A stretch of DNA of 63,978 nucleotides, counting the filler, from Trichomonas gallinae (lineage: Eukaryota), in the NCBI GenBank assembly GCA_008369845.1. It is 5 parts of 5 records of this genome, joined end to end, with 100 filler letters (N's around TTAATTAATTAA, not from the genome) between each part and the next. Parts side by side here need not be neighbours in the genome. Positions count along the whole stretch, not along the records: positions 24,443 to 42,124 come from MRSU01000441.1; positions 42,225 to 55,067 come from MRSU01000445.1; 3 more parts are not named here. One strand, 5' to 3'. Numbering within the stretch: position 1 is the stretch's first letter; every line of letters starts with the position of its first letter. A model generated the notes under the pieces. The model saw only the letters and a list, made by a program, of their open reading frames with translations. It searched no databases and was not told the origin of the DNA. Of the stretch, positions 31,848 through 43,457 are shown piece by piece. The position numbers and the translations under genes were made by a program.

Positions 31848-32753
31848 TTACTCTTTGGTTTTCAACTGACTTTCAAGCTCTCTTATTCTTCTTCTGCAGA
31901 CAGCACATCCATCTGACGGCATTTGTCGTGATGAAAACTGTGCATATTGTGCTCTGAGTGCTTTCATCTCAGATAAGTGTCTTGTTTCTATCTCATCGAT
32001 CTCCCTCCTTAAAGATGCATTCTCAGCCCTAAGGTCTGCCATTGCTCTTGACTCGGATAATGGAGTTGCTGCAACTAATTGCAAAAGCGGGTCTTTTGAT
32101 ACTAAAGCAGCTCTCAATTTAGACATTTCTTCGTAATTTATCTGTTCTTTCATCAAAAGTTTGATTGTTTCTTTTTGAGAATCGATTATATGTCTCTGTT
32201 GCATAACGAGATCTTTCAAGCGATTAATCTCATCTTGTGGATCTTCTTTTGGAATTGGCTTCGATGGAGGAGCCATTGGGCGTATTTTTGGTGGATTATA
32301 ATTTAATTCTTCTTCTGTAGGTTTAATTTCGACGATTTTTGGTTTTTCTTCCTTGAAATGAGATGTATTTTGTTCCTTTTTTGGCTCTTTGCTTTCTTTT
32401 AATACAGATGATTCTTTTTCTTTCTCTTCGACTTTTGGTTTTTCTTGTTGAGGAGATGATTTTTGAGGTTTTTCTTCAACAGTTTTTGTCGTATTTTCTT
32501 TTGTATCTTCGCGAATTGAAGATTCAAATGAAAGTTCGATTTTTTCGGATGATTTATCTTTCTTTGCAGTAGATGCCTTTGTGGATGTAGATTCAGCTGT
32601 CTCAAAATCATCGAAAGATGAAGAAAACGAATTCGATTTTTTGCTGGGCGCAGTTTCTGGATCCTTTTGTTCTTCAGCTGTTTTCTCCTTCACAGTTGAC
32701 TTGGAAAGCTCAAAATCATCACTGAAATCGTCACTAATACTCAGCGATGACAT
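31848..32753 (-). CDS. Hypothetical protein, disordered N-half and coiled-coil C-half
   Basis: 301-aa ORF with an A-rich start context, acidic DDFSDDF/FDDF motifs and a C-terminal coiled coil containing CAVC. Confidence 0.8.
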   Translation of the reverse strand: MSSLSISDDFSDDFELSKSTVKEKTAEEQKDPETAPSKKSNSFSSSFDDFETAESTSTKASTAKKDKSSEKIELSFESSIREDTKENTTKTVEEKPQKSSPQQEKPKVEEKEKESSVLKESKEPKKEQNTSHFKEEKPKIVEIKPTEEELNYNPPKIRPMAPPSKPIPKEDPQDEINRLKDLVMQQRHIIDSQKETIKLLMKEQINYEEMSKLRAALVSKDPLLQLVAATPLSESRAMADLRAENASLRREIDEIETRHLSEMKALRAQYAQFSSRQMPSDGCAVCRRRIRELESQLKTKE

Positions 32754-33417
32754 TTTTTAAAAATGCACGTTTAAAAATTTGTTTTTTCTCTTTCTTTGAT
32801 TTTTAAACAATAAATTATACACCATTCACTATCCATGCATATGTGAAGCTATAATATTATCTTAAATCAACATTTGTCCTTCACTAAAATCCAGTTCTTC
32901 TTTCATTCTTGTTTCCCTTGTCTTTCTCTGTCTTACGATGTTATAGTTCGATACTTTAGAACAATGACAATGTTTAGATATCAATTGACCCATAAAATAA
33001 AATTCCATTATAAAAAACATGGAATCATCGATCATCTTACCTATGAATGAGTTTCATTAATTTTACCAAATCCGAATAAAGTTCATGATATTATTTAAGC
33101 CATTGTTGTGTTGATGAAACAATAAATTTGGCCAAAACACTGTTAAATTTGCTGTTCTAATAGAAATCGAAATTCAATAAGTTTGGTGGTTGTGAATCTA
33201 AAGCGCAGGATATAAAAAATATTTCACAGTAATTTTGACATTTTGACAAAAATATTGTATTCTTCTGAAAATTTTGTGATATATTTGTCGTGTAAAGTAC
33301 AATTTTGTATAATTTTGTCTTGTAAAATTATCTCAAATATTTTTTATTCTGTAATTCTGTTTTATATTACATTTTCTAATAACAGATACAAATTTTTTCA
33401 CTTTTTAAGAATAAATT

Positions 33418-36147
33418 TTGTTGAAATTGTCTAATCTTAATAAAATTGCTTTGTCAACGAATGAGACACCTTCAAAGTGGTGGAATGCAATGATGGGGAT
33501 ACAAGATGATAGTGGCATTATCCTAAAGCCAAGTGTCACTGAGCTTAAACAAATTTTCTTCAAAATTTCTCCAGTTTTTACAAATGGAATTCCTGACACC
33601 AATGATGATGAACAATATTTGGGAAATTTCTGGGAATTCGTGAAGAAACTAATGCAAAACGCTGACATTCCTGATCCAAGAATTGATTTTACCGGATTTG
33701 TAGAGAAATTGCATAATATTTCGCGATTAATCAAAATAAAAGATACAGAAACTGCAATAATTTTAGCGCAAAGACTTTGTCCTTCAGAGCCAGCAGATTT
33801 TTTCTTCAATGATTTTATCCTTTTGGTTTCAGATCCACTCATAGCGATAAAAGCAATGTATGAGATGCATAACACTAATGCAGAACCATGGTACAGTCAA
33901 ATTCGCGCTCATGGCCAAATTGAGAAATTTTTAGACTTATTTATTACATATTTGCAGCCATCGAACAGCACAGAACATGATGATATAGCTCAATTTCGTA
34001 TTTTTCTGGCTGATATGCTCGTAAATTTACTTATAGATACGAAAATTGATTTTAGATTCAAAGAAAGACACATAGTAGACTTATACATCAGACTGTTGAA
34101 TCTTGTAAGTTACGTAACTACAGATGCGAGCGCCACTTTTTGCAGATTATTAATAACATTATTTGATTATTACTTAAAAATACACGTAAGAGTTGATGAT
34201 GATATTCTCATCATGATACAGTCTATGTACACGTCAGCGCCTCCGTCTAAAGCCTCAAGATCAATGGTAACTCAATATATTTTCTCATTAGTTCAAAATA
34301 AGACTATTGCAGCTCATGAGGCGTCCATTATACTCACTGTAGGAAACATGTCTGTTTACGACATGAAAATCCTTTATAATCTCGGTTTGGAAAGTTTAGA
34401 AGCAAGATTTTTAGTTTTGAAGTATTTTGGACAAAAATTCGCAAACGAGAAGATCCTTTGCTATACGATTGCTCCACTTTTGGCCAATTTAATGAAGAAA
34501 GAACGAGATAAAGATATCAATGATTTTATTACAGATTTCTTCAAGAAAATATTCGTTAAGATTGCATTTGCCTCTAAAAAGTCCAAATATGTTCGCAGAA
34601 TTACAACTGTTGCTGCATTAATTTCGATTTATTTCAGAGATGTACCAAAAACATGGGAATACATACTCCAAAATGCTAGCTATGCTGTTAAATATGGGAA
34701 AGCAGAGTTCTTAAAGGATTATTTTGAGATTTCAAGTGATGATGCATCATTAGAAAAATTTACAAAAGAAATTGGCCTTGTTGAGAAGTTTAAACCAAAT
34801 CTTAAGTACTATCCATTCAAGGAAACCACTTGCAAACTTGTTGAACTCGACAAAAACGAAAGGAAAAATAAAGTATCTCATAAACAATCGAAAGCGATGG
34901 TTGCAGAGCTCATTGAGAAAGGAATTCCAGAGCACCTAGTCAAGTACTTCAGAATAGCAGATAAAGCGAACGTAATGGCTCAGCAAGCCGCGATTTTCGA
35001 AATCGAAGATTTTATTGACGAAGAAAGAGAGGATATAAAGAAGCTGAGGATAAGAATCAGACGTCCAAAACTCTCAAAATTCAATCTAGATTCGTATGAA
35101 ACTGAAGGAAGCATAATTTTAGCAGGACAAGTCACTCAAATGGCGAGAAATAGGCTAAAAATCCTGGAATTTCAGATGGAAATCATACAGAGAGTCATAA
35201 ATATAGCAATGGAAGTCATTTCTCTCTTAAGAAATTATAATGATATTATTACAGATGCAGCATCAATCGCTTGCGAATTGGGATTGCTTGGAAACAGCGA
35301 TGCTAAGTACAAACTTTACAAGAAAAGGAAGCTTTTGCTTAGAAAACGGCTAGAAATTTTATCTGCGCAATGGAAGAGCAAGAATTACAAAGTTTTGTTC
35401 ATGCACCAATGCTCCACAGGCAGCATCAAGTTCAATATGGATACTCAATACTCAAGACCTACATCAGCTGATCCAATGCTTAAAGAAGTTTTGTTAAGAA
35501 GCGTAACATTCAAAACTAAGTTCATTGAATGCTCTAAATCCATTGAAACGATGAGTCCGCCTGAAATTATGCAGATTTGCTGGGAATTTTCCAATGATAT
35601 AATTTTATATCTGAAATTGAAATCAAATGTCACAATGAGTGTCATTGCTATTATGATTCTCAGGTTGCTGTTCGAAAACAGTTATTTTCTGAACAAAAAG
35701 GCAGTTTTAGCAAATTATCAAAATTATAACGCAATGTTTTTGATTAGAGCTGCCAAACTCGCTCAGCAGCCCATAGATTCGATAGGTGTTTCCAAGAAGA
35801 TATACGGTAGCAAAGAAGGCTCACCAATCGAATTATTCTTCAAATACTCAAACGAAAAATATCCAACATTCGAAGAAATCAGTCTGCAGCTGAGTCCCAT
35901 TGACATAAATTACGTCCTCTATAAGATACACAGGCAACTGAAGGAGATGCATCCAGCTGAAGAAGATTTAACACCGCTATTCTTGGCGCTGCTTGTTAAT
36001 TCGCCGCCGAATAATGCTATTTCCGCTGCAATGTCGCTGAAAAAGTTTGGAGAAGTTAACACAACAAATGAGTTCAAAATCCCAAGAAATATGTATTTGG
36101 ATGCAATTAACATGGTTTTGAACTTGAAATCTGTCAAAGAAATTTGA
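33418..36147 (+). CDS. Large alpha-helical hypothetical protein, start codon uncertain (TTG 33418 or ATG 33490)
   Basis: 909-codon open frame with helical-repeat-like composition. Inr TCACTT at 33398-33403. Confidence 0.8.
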   Translation: MLKLSNLNKIALSTNETPSKWWNAMMGIQDDSGIILKPSVTELKQIFFKISPVFTNGIPDTNDDEQYLGNFWEFVKKLMQNADIPDPRIDFTGFVEKLHNISRLIKIKDTETAIILAQRLCPSEPADFFFNDFILLVSDPLIAIKAMYEMHNTNAEPWYSQIRAHGQIEKFLDLFITYLQPSNSTEHDDIAQFRIFLADMLVNLLIDTKIDFRFKERHIVDLYIRLLNLVSYVTTDASATFCRLLITLFDYYLKIHVRVDDDILIMIQSMYTSAPPSKASRSMVTQYIFSLVQNKTIAAHEASIILTVGNMSVYDMKILYNLGLESLEARFLVLKYFGQKFANEKILCYTIAPLLANLMKKERDKDINDFITDFFKKIFVKIAFASKKSKYVRRITTVAALISIYFRDVPKTWEYILQNASYAVKYGKAEFLKDYFEISSDDASLEKFTKEIGLVEKFKPNLKYYPFKETTCKLVELDKNERKNKVSHKQSKAMVAELIEKGIPEHLVKYFRIADKANVMAQQAAIFEIEDFIDEEREDIKKLRIRIRRPKLSKFNLDSYETEGSIILAGQVTQMARNRLKILEFQMEIIQRVINIAMEVISLLRNYNDIITDAASIACELGLLGNSDAKYKLYKKRKLLLRKRLEILSAQWKSKNYKVLFMHQCSTGSIKFNMDTQYSRPTSADPMLKEVLLRSVTFKTKFIECSKSIETMSPPEIMQICWEFSNDIILYLKLKSNVTMSVIAIMILRLLFENSYFLNKKAVLANYQNYNAMFLIRAAKLAQQPIDSIGVSKKIYGSKEGSPIELFFKYSNEKYPTFEEISLQLSPIDINYVLYKIHRQLKEMHPAEEDLTPLFLALLVNSPPNNAISAAMSLKKFGEVNTTNEFKIPRNMYLDAINMVLNLKSVKEI

Positions 36148-36594
36148 TTTTTCCTAGTACTGACATTTTGCATGTCATACTTGGAAGATAGCCCAACTTT
36201 GTCTTAGTCTAATAGATTTTAAATATGTTTGTTAATAGATATTATTTAAATGTATTATGTAGTAAGTTATCCTTTTCTTTTATTCATAATAGATCAAATT
36301 CATTGGAGGTTCATAATACAGTAATTCGTAGTATGTTGGATGACTCGGCCTCAAATTGTCGCCATTGCAATAATCAATTAAAAAGTTTGTTGACATTTGA
36401 TTGCGGATTTGGGTTTATTGTCATCACCATTTTTATTGGAATCACCATGACTTTATTCGAATAAACCCCATTATCATTCAGTTTGTAAATGTTTTGCAAG
36501 ATCAGATTTATGCAAAACATCTTGAATCAGTGTTCGTAGATATATCAAGATTAAAGAAATGAAATTAAATGATTCGTTCCTTGTCAACCATTTT

Positions 36595-36756
36595 AGTTTT
36601 CCATTCTCGGATGCATTATTCGACATTTGGTAGGATTAATAATGGGTATCACAAAATCAAACAATATGGGATATATACTATAGTATATACCCTACATATA
36701 TATCATAGTTGTATAAATGTTACTAGTTTATATATAGAGATACATTAGAAAATAAA
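36595..36756 (-). repeat. Dispersed ~160-bp repeat, copy 2
   Basis: Its reverse complement aligns with 9141-9299. Confidence 0.85.
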
Positions 36757-37893
36757 GGAGTCCATCCTAAATTTAGCTGTTTTGTGAAATATATGATCTA
36801 TAATCTGTATTCATATTTGAATTACAGAGATACGCAAAGGAATATTTAAGAGTCGAAATAATGGATAATCAATTCCTTCAGAATTTTGTGCGTCATTTTC
36901 CATATATTTAATTTTCATGTTTCTGCACAGCATGCACCGATACATCTCAACATTTTTGTTGTTATATTCTCGCTAAATTTCAAAATTGCCCATATTATTG
37001 TGAATTCAAAATTCGTGTTTTCGAATGACAACAAAATTTGGAACAAAGAGTTGCTCATGTTTGAATCCCCTTGAAGGAATATCAAAATAGAAATAAATGA
37101 CGATCAAAAGATGAGATTATAGATCAAAAACGTTTCAAATACTCTTAAAAATATGATCAACAGAACGCTCATTTATCGCTGTATATGATTCATTCACAAA
37201 ACCACTGTATTAAATCGAGCGTCTTACAAAAGTGAGCTATCGTTCTTAGAGATTCAAAGTTGTGAGCGGAGCACAATCTGACAGTCCATAATTCATGCCA
37301 ATTACTACGGAGTAATATTCATGCATTTTTTTCTCTCTAGAAAATACAAAGTCAGACGCTAGATAGTGAAAAATAATTATTTCAAATTATTTTCAATGTA
37401 GAATCAAAAAACTAAACTTTTTTTCATATTAAAATTTAATCAGATATAAAAATAAATGAACACGTATCGAATTTTGACTTTTCAATTAAAATTAATTATT
37501 TATATTCTTTGATAATACAAGCGTTCTATAATATTAAATTTTGCCACATCTTTATTTTCATTGAAAAATATAAATTTTATTTTAATTGAAAAATATAAAC
37601 TTGACTCATGGTTAGTTATATTTATTGATGTTGAAATTATAAAAATAAACTTTTAATTTTTTGAATGTCATCAGAAAAGAATTTGTGAATATTATTTTTA
37701 TTTGCTAAATTATTGTTGAAAAAATGAAATACAATGAATTACCATTCACTTATATTATTTATTCTTTTGAATACCCATTCAATTTTCAATAAATAATATT
37801 TTTAATTTTTTTATTTAGATTATATACATTTATACTCTATATGTCAATATTTGATCGTCAAAAAATGTTTTTGTTTTATATCACAAATCAAAA

Positions 37894-39255
37894 ATGTTTT
37901 TGTTCCTTTTAGGCAACAGATTTATTGCTCAAAGCACCACAATTAACGATTACAAGGTTGAACCAGGATATTACAAAGTCACTGTGAAAGGTGCCGGTGG
38001 CGGCTACGCATGCGATGGTCATAATTATAATATTTTCAGAAAGGGCGGTACTGGAGCTTTGATTACAGGAACAATGCACATTACAAATCATTCTGTGATT
38101 AAAGCTGTTGGCGGAGATAAACCAAAATGGGACCGTTGCTATGATGATCTATACATCCCAATAGCTGGTCCAAACGGTGAAGGAGGCAACACTCATAGCC
38201 GTAATGGTGGCTCTGGAGGTGGATATTCATCAATTTCAGTTGACAATGTTCTAATCGCCATGGCTGGAGGCGGCGGAGGTGGAAATTTATATGTAAAATT
38301 CGGCGTTCCTGCCGGTGGATATGACGTCAACACAAAGAACAGCTATACATACGTAAAAAATAGCAATGGTGAACCTATTAAAGTAAATCATTACGAAACA
38401 TCCAATAATCATCGAGGAGAAGACGCTTTATTTGTAGATGGATCCTCAGCAGGTGGAGGTGGTTATTTTCGTGGTGAAAAAGGCAAAGCATCAGGCAGCT
38501 GGTATGAACGATTAGGAAGTGGCGGTTCATCATATTTAGATCCATCATATTTCACGGAGCACGATATACAAGATGGTATTCAACATGATTGGGATGGTTA
38601 TGGTGTGGTCATTATTGACACAGTAGCTGTCTGCAACTCAAACTGCAAAGACTGTTTGCAATCTGATGTAAATCACTGCCTTCAATGCTGGGAAGGATAC
38701 TACATGAACAACAACAAATGTGAAAAGTGCTTGGGCAATTGCACAAAGTGCACCAGCAAGACACAATGCAGCGCTTGTGATGATGGATACCGCTTAGAAG
38801 GACAAAAATGTGTTCTTATCACACCACCACCACAAACCGAATCAACTACACAATCAGAGACCGTGACTAAAACAGAAAGTGATGGAATTGGCATCTCCAA
38901 AATTGGTGTTAATGGAGGTCATTATGGACAAAACATAGGTACTAAAGATGGCAATAATAGCGGAGATGGTAAATTCCCTTGGGTGATTGTTGGAGCATGT
39001 GTTGCTGGAGTTGTGTTAATCGCCGTAATTATTGCCATCATCGCGATCAAGAGCAAATCGAAGCCAGAAGTTTCTCCTGAATTGGAAGAAGCAAACGCTG
39101 CAGATCTCGATGGAGATGCAGCCATTACTTATGATAATCCGCTCTTCACTGATCCAAATCGCAAGAATGAGGATCCATTCAAAGATGACTTCGAAGCACC
39201 ACCAAAGAGCAATATTTTGGATGCTAACGATGTTGAGGAAAATATAAGCGTTTAA
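37894..39255 (+). CDS. Type I membrane protein: ALK/LTK-type Gly-rich domain + furin-like CxxC repeats + TM + NPLF/acidic tail
   Basis: KGAGGG, GGSGGGYSSI, IAMAGGGGGG, GSGGSSY; then CNSNCKDC...CLQCWEGYY...CLGNCTKC; TM WVIVGACVAGVVLIAVIIAIIAI; tail YDNPLF...EDPFKDDF. Confidence 0.88.
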   Translation: MFLFLLGNRFIAQSTTINDYKVEPGYYKVTVKGAGGGYACDGHNYNIFRKGGTGALITGTMHITNHSVIKAVGGDKPKWDRCYDDLYIPIAGPNGEGGNTHSRNGGSGGGYSSISVDNVLIAMAGGGGGGNLYVKFGVPAGGYDVNTKNSYTYVKNSNGEPIKVNHYETSNNHRGEDALFVDGSSAGGGGYFRGEKGKASGSWYERLGSGGSSYLDPSYFTEHDIQDGIQHDWDGYGVVIIDTVAVCNSNCKDCLQSDVNHCLQCWEGYYMNNNKCEKCLGNCTKCTSKTQCSACDDGYRLEGQKCVLITPPPQTESTTQSETVTKTESDGIGISKIGVNGGHYGQNIGTKDGNNSGDGKFPWVIVGACVAGVVLIAVIIAIIAIKSKSKPEVSPELEEANAADLDGDAAITYDNPLFTDPNRKNEDPFKDDFEAPPKSNILDANDVEENISV

Positions 39256-39680
39256 ACTTCATCATCAAAATATTATTTTCTCACTAATTTTCATTTTATT
39301 TCACTAAAATTCGCTTTTATATCAAAACCAACCATTTTTATATGAACTATTTTATTAAATATTCCAATAGTTTTGGAAATACCATGAATCAAAATTTAAC
39401 AAAATTTTGATTCATTTACTATTATAAAGATGTTTTTCAATCCATATATCTATTAGTCTGGTATTTAATTAATGTTTTGCAGAAAATATGAATATTGTGG
39501 ATTTAATATTTTAATTATGCCGTAAATCATGTAAATATTTTGTAATTTTGTAGATGATTGTCAAAAATATATGATTTTGTCATGTTTAAACTGAAAAGAG
39601 AAATAAATTCAACAAAATTAGAATAAATTCATGCAATTTGGCCGTAAATTAGTAAATTAGTTTCATTAATGATGATTATT

Positions 39681-40510
39681 AAGTTCAAAAGATGGACAAT
39701 GGCTATTCAATATGTATTGGCGTGACAATCAATACATAAATGCAATATAATCAGATAATTTAGCACTATACTGTCTATAGCAATAAAGTATGTTGAACGG
39801 TCGTGTCGAATTTCGTTCATTATTTGTCTGAATTTATTTCCATTTTTGAGTTAAAATAATTGAATTCGAAATTTGCATTAGAAAACAATAAACAAGTTGA
39901 ATATAAATAAAAAATTTTCCCTTCAAAAGAATTTGAAATAATAATTATTAGAAAACAAAATTGATTGAAAATTATCTTGATAATATTTCGAAGTTGAAAA
40001 TAGTGTTGTTGATCCTTGAATTTACTAGAATAAAATCTTATTATTTGAACTTTTTGTTTATTATTTTTGTTATTTCTTCGATGTTGCAACTTACACTCCC
40101 TTATATTTTCAATCTCACAATGATATATATCTAATGCATAACAACTTTTTAAAAGGAAAGCAACTATCATGCAAAAGTGACATTTAAAAATTTGTGGCAT
40201 TTCACTTTTCAATATATTTATAGTATTAAAAAGACTAGTATCATTTTTGAATATTTTTAAGTTGAAAAGATGGACAAAGACCACTCAAAACGTAGTGGCG
40301 CTACAGTCGTGATATAAACGCAAATTAAGTCGAAATTCTTGCATTATACTGTCTATAGCAATAAAGAATGTGAAACGATCATGTCGCATTTCTTAAATTA
40401 TTTGTCTGAATTTAATTTCAAATTCCTAAGAAAAAAAATTGCATTCGAAATTTGCATTCGAAATGAATATAAATAAATTTCACTTTCAAAAAAAATTAAA
40501 TGATTATTTA
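39681..40510 (+). repeat. Diverged direct repeat of ~260 bp (39681-39950 and 40259-40510)
   Basis: Identical 22-mer TATACTGTCTATAGCAATAAAG at 39767 and 40345. Also shared: aaaagatggacaa, attatttgtctgaattta, attcgaaatttgcatt. Confidence 0.85.
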
Positions 40511-41068
40511 TTTTGACATTATATCGTTTGGACTTAGAATCACCAATCGATCAATTTTATCTCTTAGTCAAGATTTTATCGTTAAAGTTCACGATAAATC
40601 GTATCTTTATTGTCAATTACTATATACTTAATTTATAATTTTGTTTTTTTGAATTGAAAAATTAAGAGAGTATTCAATTTGAATAGATCGGTTAAGTTTA
40701 TTTAAATGAAAATGCTAAATATTATAAAAAATAAGAACATATTTTCAATAAAATATTTTTATTTTTATGAATCGTTAATATTATATTTTATAGTTGTGTT
40801 GTTAAAAACAAAACGATGATAATTTAAATTAAATTTTAATTCGTCGAATATAATTATTTTCACTAAAAAATGGAATTTGAATTGAAAATAATCGTATCTA
40901 TTCAAATTTAAAAGTTTGAATAATCAGAAAAATTCAAAAGATTTGAATCAATTCAAAATTTGATATAAATATTTTCATTTAAATAATATGATATTTAACG
41001 GTTTATTAAAGCATTATATATCATATAAAATTATAATTTTTTGTTTTTGGGAAAAATTCATAAAATAG

Positions 41069-42124
41069 ATGTTTCTTCTCTATGTGTTATGCACTGAGAT
41101 CCAACATGGTGTGAAAAATACCACATTAAATCCAGGGTTCTATCGTGTAGAACTTGTTGGAGGACAAGGCGGAAGAGCAAACTATGGTGGTGGTTTTCCT
41201 GCAAGAATTGCAGGTACAATACAGCTTAAACAAACTTCTACAATAACAATGATTGGTGGATCGAATGGGGAAGGAAGGTTTGCTGGTAAATATGGTGAAG
41301 GAGGAAATGCTGCCGATAACGATGGTGGTGCAGGTGGCGGCTATTCTTCAATTACAATCAATGACATCATAATAGCAATGGCCGGAGGTGGTGGTGGTGG
41401 TGGATACAATTTGTTTGGATTATCTGCAGGTGGATATGATTATGATTCTGGTGAGTCGAAGTCTTATTACTATTATGGCTATAAACAACTTGGAAGTGAA
41501 CCAATTCCGTTTGTTCCTGTTACAAAGGGCATGCATAAAGGTGGTGATGGCGAATATGGAACAGGACGTGGTGGAACTGGGGGTGGTGGAGGCTATGTAG
41601 GAGGTAAAGGAGGCAAACCATATGTGTCTAAACCATTTTTGGCTGCAGATTCTGTAAATCAAATGGGCAGAGGTGGTTCATCTTTCGCTAATAAAAGTTA
41701 TTTCATAGAAAAACCCACTATTCAAGATGGACAAATCACATCTGAAGATTTAACTCTTCAAAAAGGAATTGTTAGAATTAGCACAATAACAACTTGCGCA
41801 TCTGATTGCCTTGAATGCGATATAAATGATAGAAATAAATGCTATGTTTGTGTATCTGGGAAAAAAACGAATCAAAACTTCAAATGCATTGAAAATACTC
41901 CAACAAAAACACCAACACCAAAGCCAACAAAATCACCAGCACCAAAACCAACAAAAACACTAACACCAGAGCCTACACTAAAACAAGACGACTCGGCGAA
42001 TAAAGGAAATGATGCTAATGTCTCAACTGTTCAACAAACTGGAACAAGCATCGGAATTGAAGTTAATAATGGTGGAGATAAGCAGGATGGTAAAATTCTT
42101 CCAACAAATAACAATGAAGAAGGA
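41069..42124 (+). CDS. Paralog of the Gly-rich/Cys-rich surface protein, truncated by the contig end
   Basis: Same motifs (PGFYRV..GGQGG, GGAGGGYSSI, IAMAGGGGGG, GRGGSSF), CASDCLEC, and a PTKTPTPK stalk. Runs into Ns. Confidence 0.88.
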
Positions 42125-42224
42125 NNNNNNNNNNNNNNNNNNNNNNNNNNNNNNNNNNNNNNNNNNNNTTAATTAATTAANNNNNNNNNNNNNNNNNNNN
42201 NNNNNNNNNNNNNNNNNNNNNNNN
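42125..42224. other. Artificial contig linker
   Basis: 44 N + TTAATTAATTAA + 44 N. Confidence 0.98.
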
Positions 42225-42716
42225 ATCAAATAAAAACGACCAAAAAAATTGAATACGTATCGAAAAAGCTGTCTGACATCGAAAAAATGAGCAACAGTAT
42301 ATTTAATCAACGTAACCACAGCGTTACACTTTGCCTATCAATAGATCTAGTTCATGTAATTAATGGTATAATACTTATATTTAATGATTTCGTGATTTTG
42401 TATCAAAAGATTTCGAATTTCATTATGAAATTTAAGATTTTTTTATATTTCTAATATAATATGAGATGTAGTCCTTTATCTATTTGGTCTTAAATTTTTG
42501 AATAAATTATTCATAAGTTTTGAATATGAATGAAGACACAAAATATTTTAGGATTAGAGCAGCCTATAAAGGATTTTAAAACAAAAATGTCCGAAAAAAT
42601 TGGCACAATTTTCTGAAAAAATGGGAAATTTAAAAAATTTATTTCTATTCGCATTCTCTAGGTCAAAAAGATGATGGATAAAAATAAAACGATTATTTCC
42701 GCACTTTTGATTAGAA

Positions 42717-42724
42717 GTCACTTT
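42717..42724 (+). promoter_or_regulatory. Inr TCACTT within GTCACTTT
   Basis: TCACTT begins at 42718, 15 nt before ATG 42733. Confidence 0.7.
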
Positions 42725-42732
42725 TCAATAAA

Positions 42733-43134
42733 ATGGGTTGTTCTGCCACGAAGCCAACCGAGCCAGAGGATGCGACACTTCCACCAGCTCCAGTCTCCAA
42801 GAGAGTTCAGCACAAGCCAGAGGAGCAACATCAGGAGCCAGAAGTAAAGGAAGAAGAACAAGAACCAGTTGTCAAGACACGTGAAATAACTCTTGAAGAG
42901 GAGCCTGTTGCTGAACCAGAACAACCTAAAGAAGAAGAAAAGAAAGAAAATCCAGAAAATGAAAATCAAAATGCCGAATCCGCCACCGATAAGCAAAATG
43001 AGAACGCTGAAAAGAAGGAGGAGGGTGCTGATGCCAACGCTGCTGCCAATGCTGAAAAGCCCGCTGAAAATGATGAAAAACAAAAACCACGCCCACGCAC
43101 AAACCTCATCGATGACTATGGACTCCTTCTTTAA
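42733..43134 (+). CDS. Small acidic disordered protein with MGC N-terminal acylation motif
   Basis: Starts MGCSATK, E/P/A/K-rich, 133 aa, Inr directly upstream. Confidence 0.85.
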   Translation: MGCSATKPTEPEDATLPPAPVSKRVQHKPEEQHQEPEVKEEEQEPVVKTREITLEEEPVAEPEQPKEEEKKENPENENQNAESATDKQNENAEKKEEGADANAAANAEKPAENDEKQKPRPRTNLIDDYGLLL

Positions 43135-43457
43135 GGTAGGTGTGAAATTTTTATAGAGATGAACTCCATGTTTTTTCCGAATTTTTTATTGACAAATCAA
43201 TAGCTAATCAATCCTCATTAAACTTATTACTTTCTTAGTATACACATTATTTTTACGTTCCCATTAGTTAATTATGCTTCAATATATTATTGACATTCCA
43301 AAATTTCGATTTCTGATAATTTTAACAACAAATTATTAATATGTGACATGTAAACATTTTAAATATCATACTTAAAATCGCTACAGATCAAAAATGAAAG
43401 ATTTCGAATCTGTCACTTTTCATTTTTCATCACTTTTACTGACACTTTTTATCAAAA

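Noticed and set aside
33290..33386. Possible intron ending TTCTAATAACAG
   Set aside because: It does not match the CTAAC branch consensus, and the in-frame TAA at 33412 blocks joining to the main ORF.
39820..40284. 154-aa minus-strand ORF
   Set aside because: Non-ATG start, F/I/K/N composition typical of AT-rich non-coding DNA, and it overlaps the intergenic duplication.
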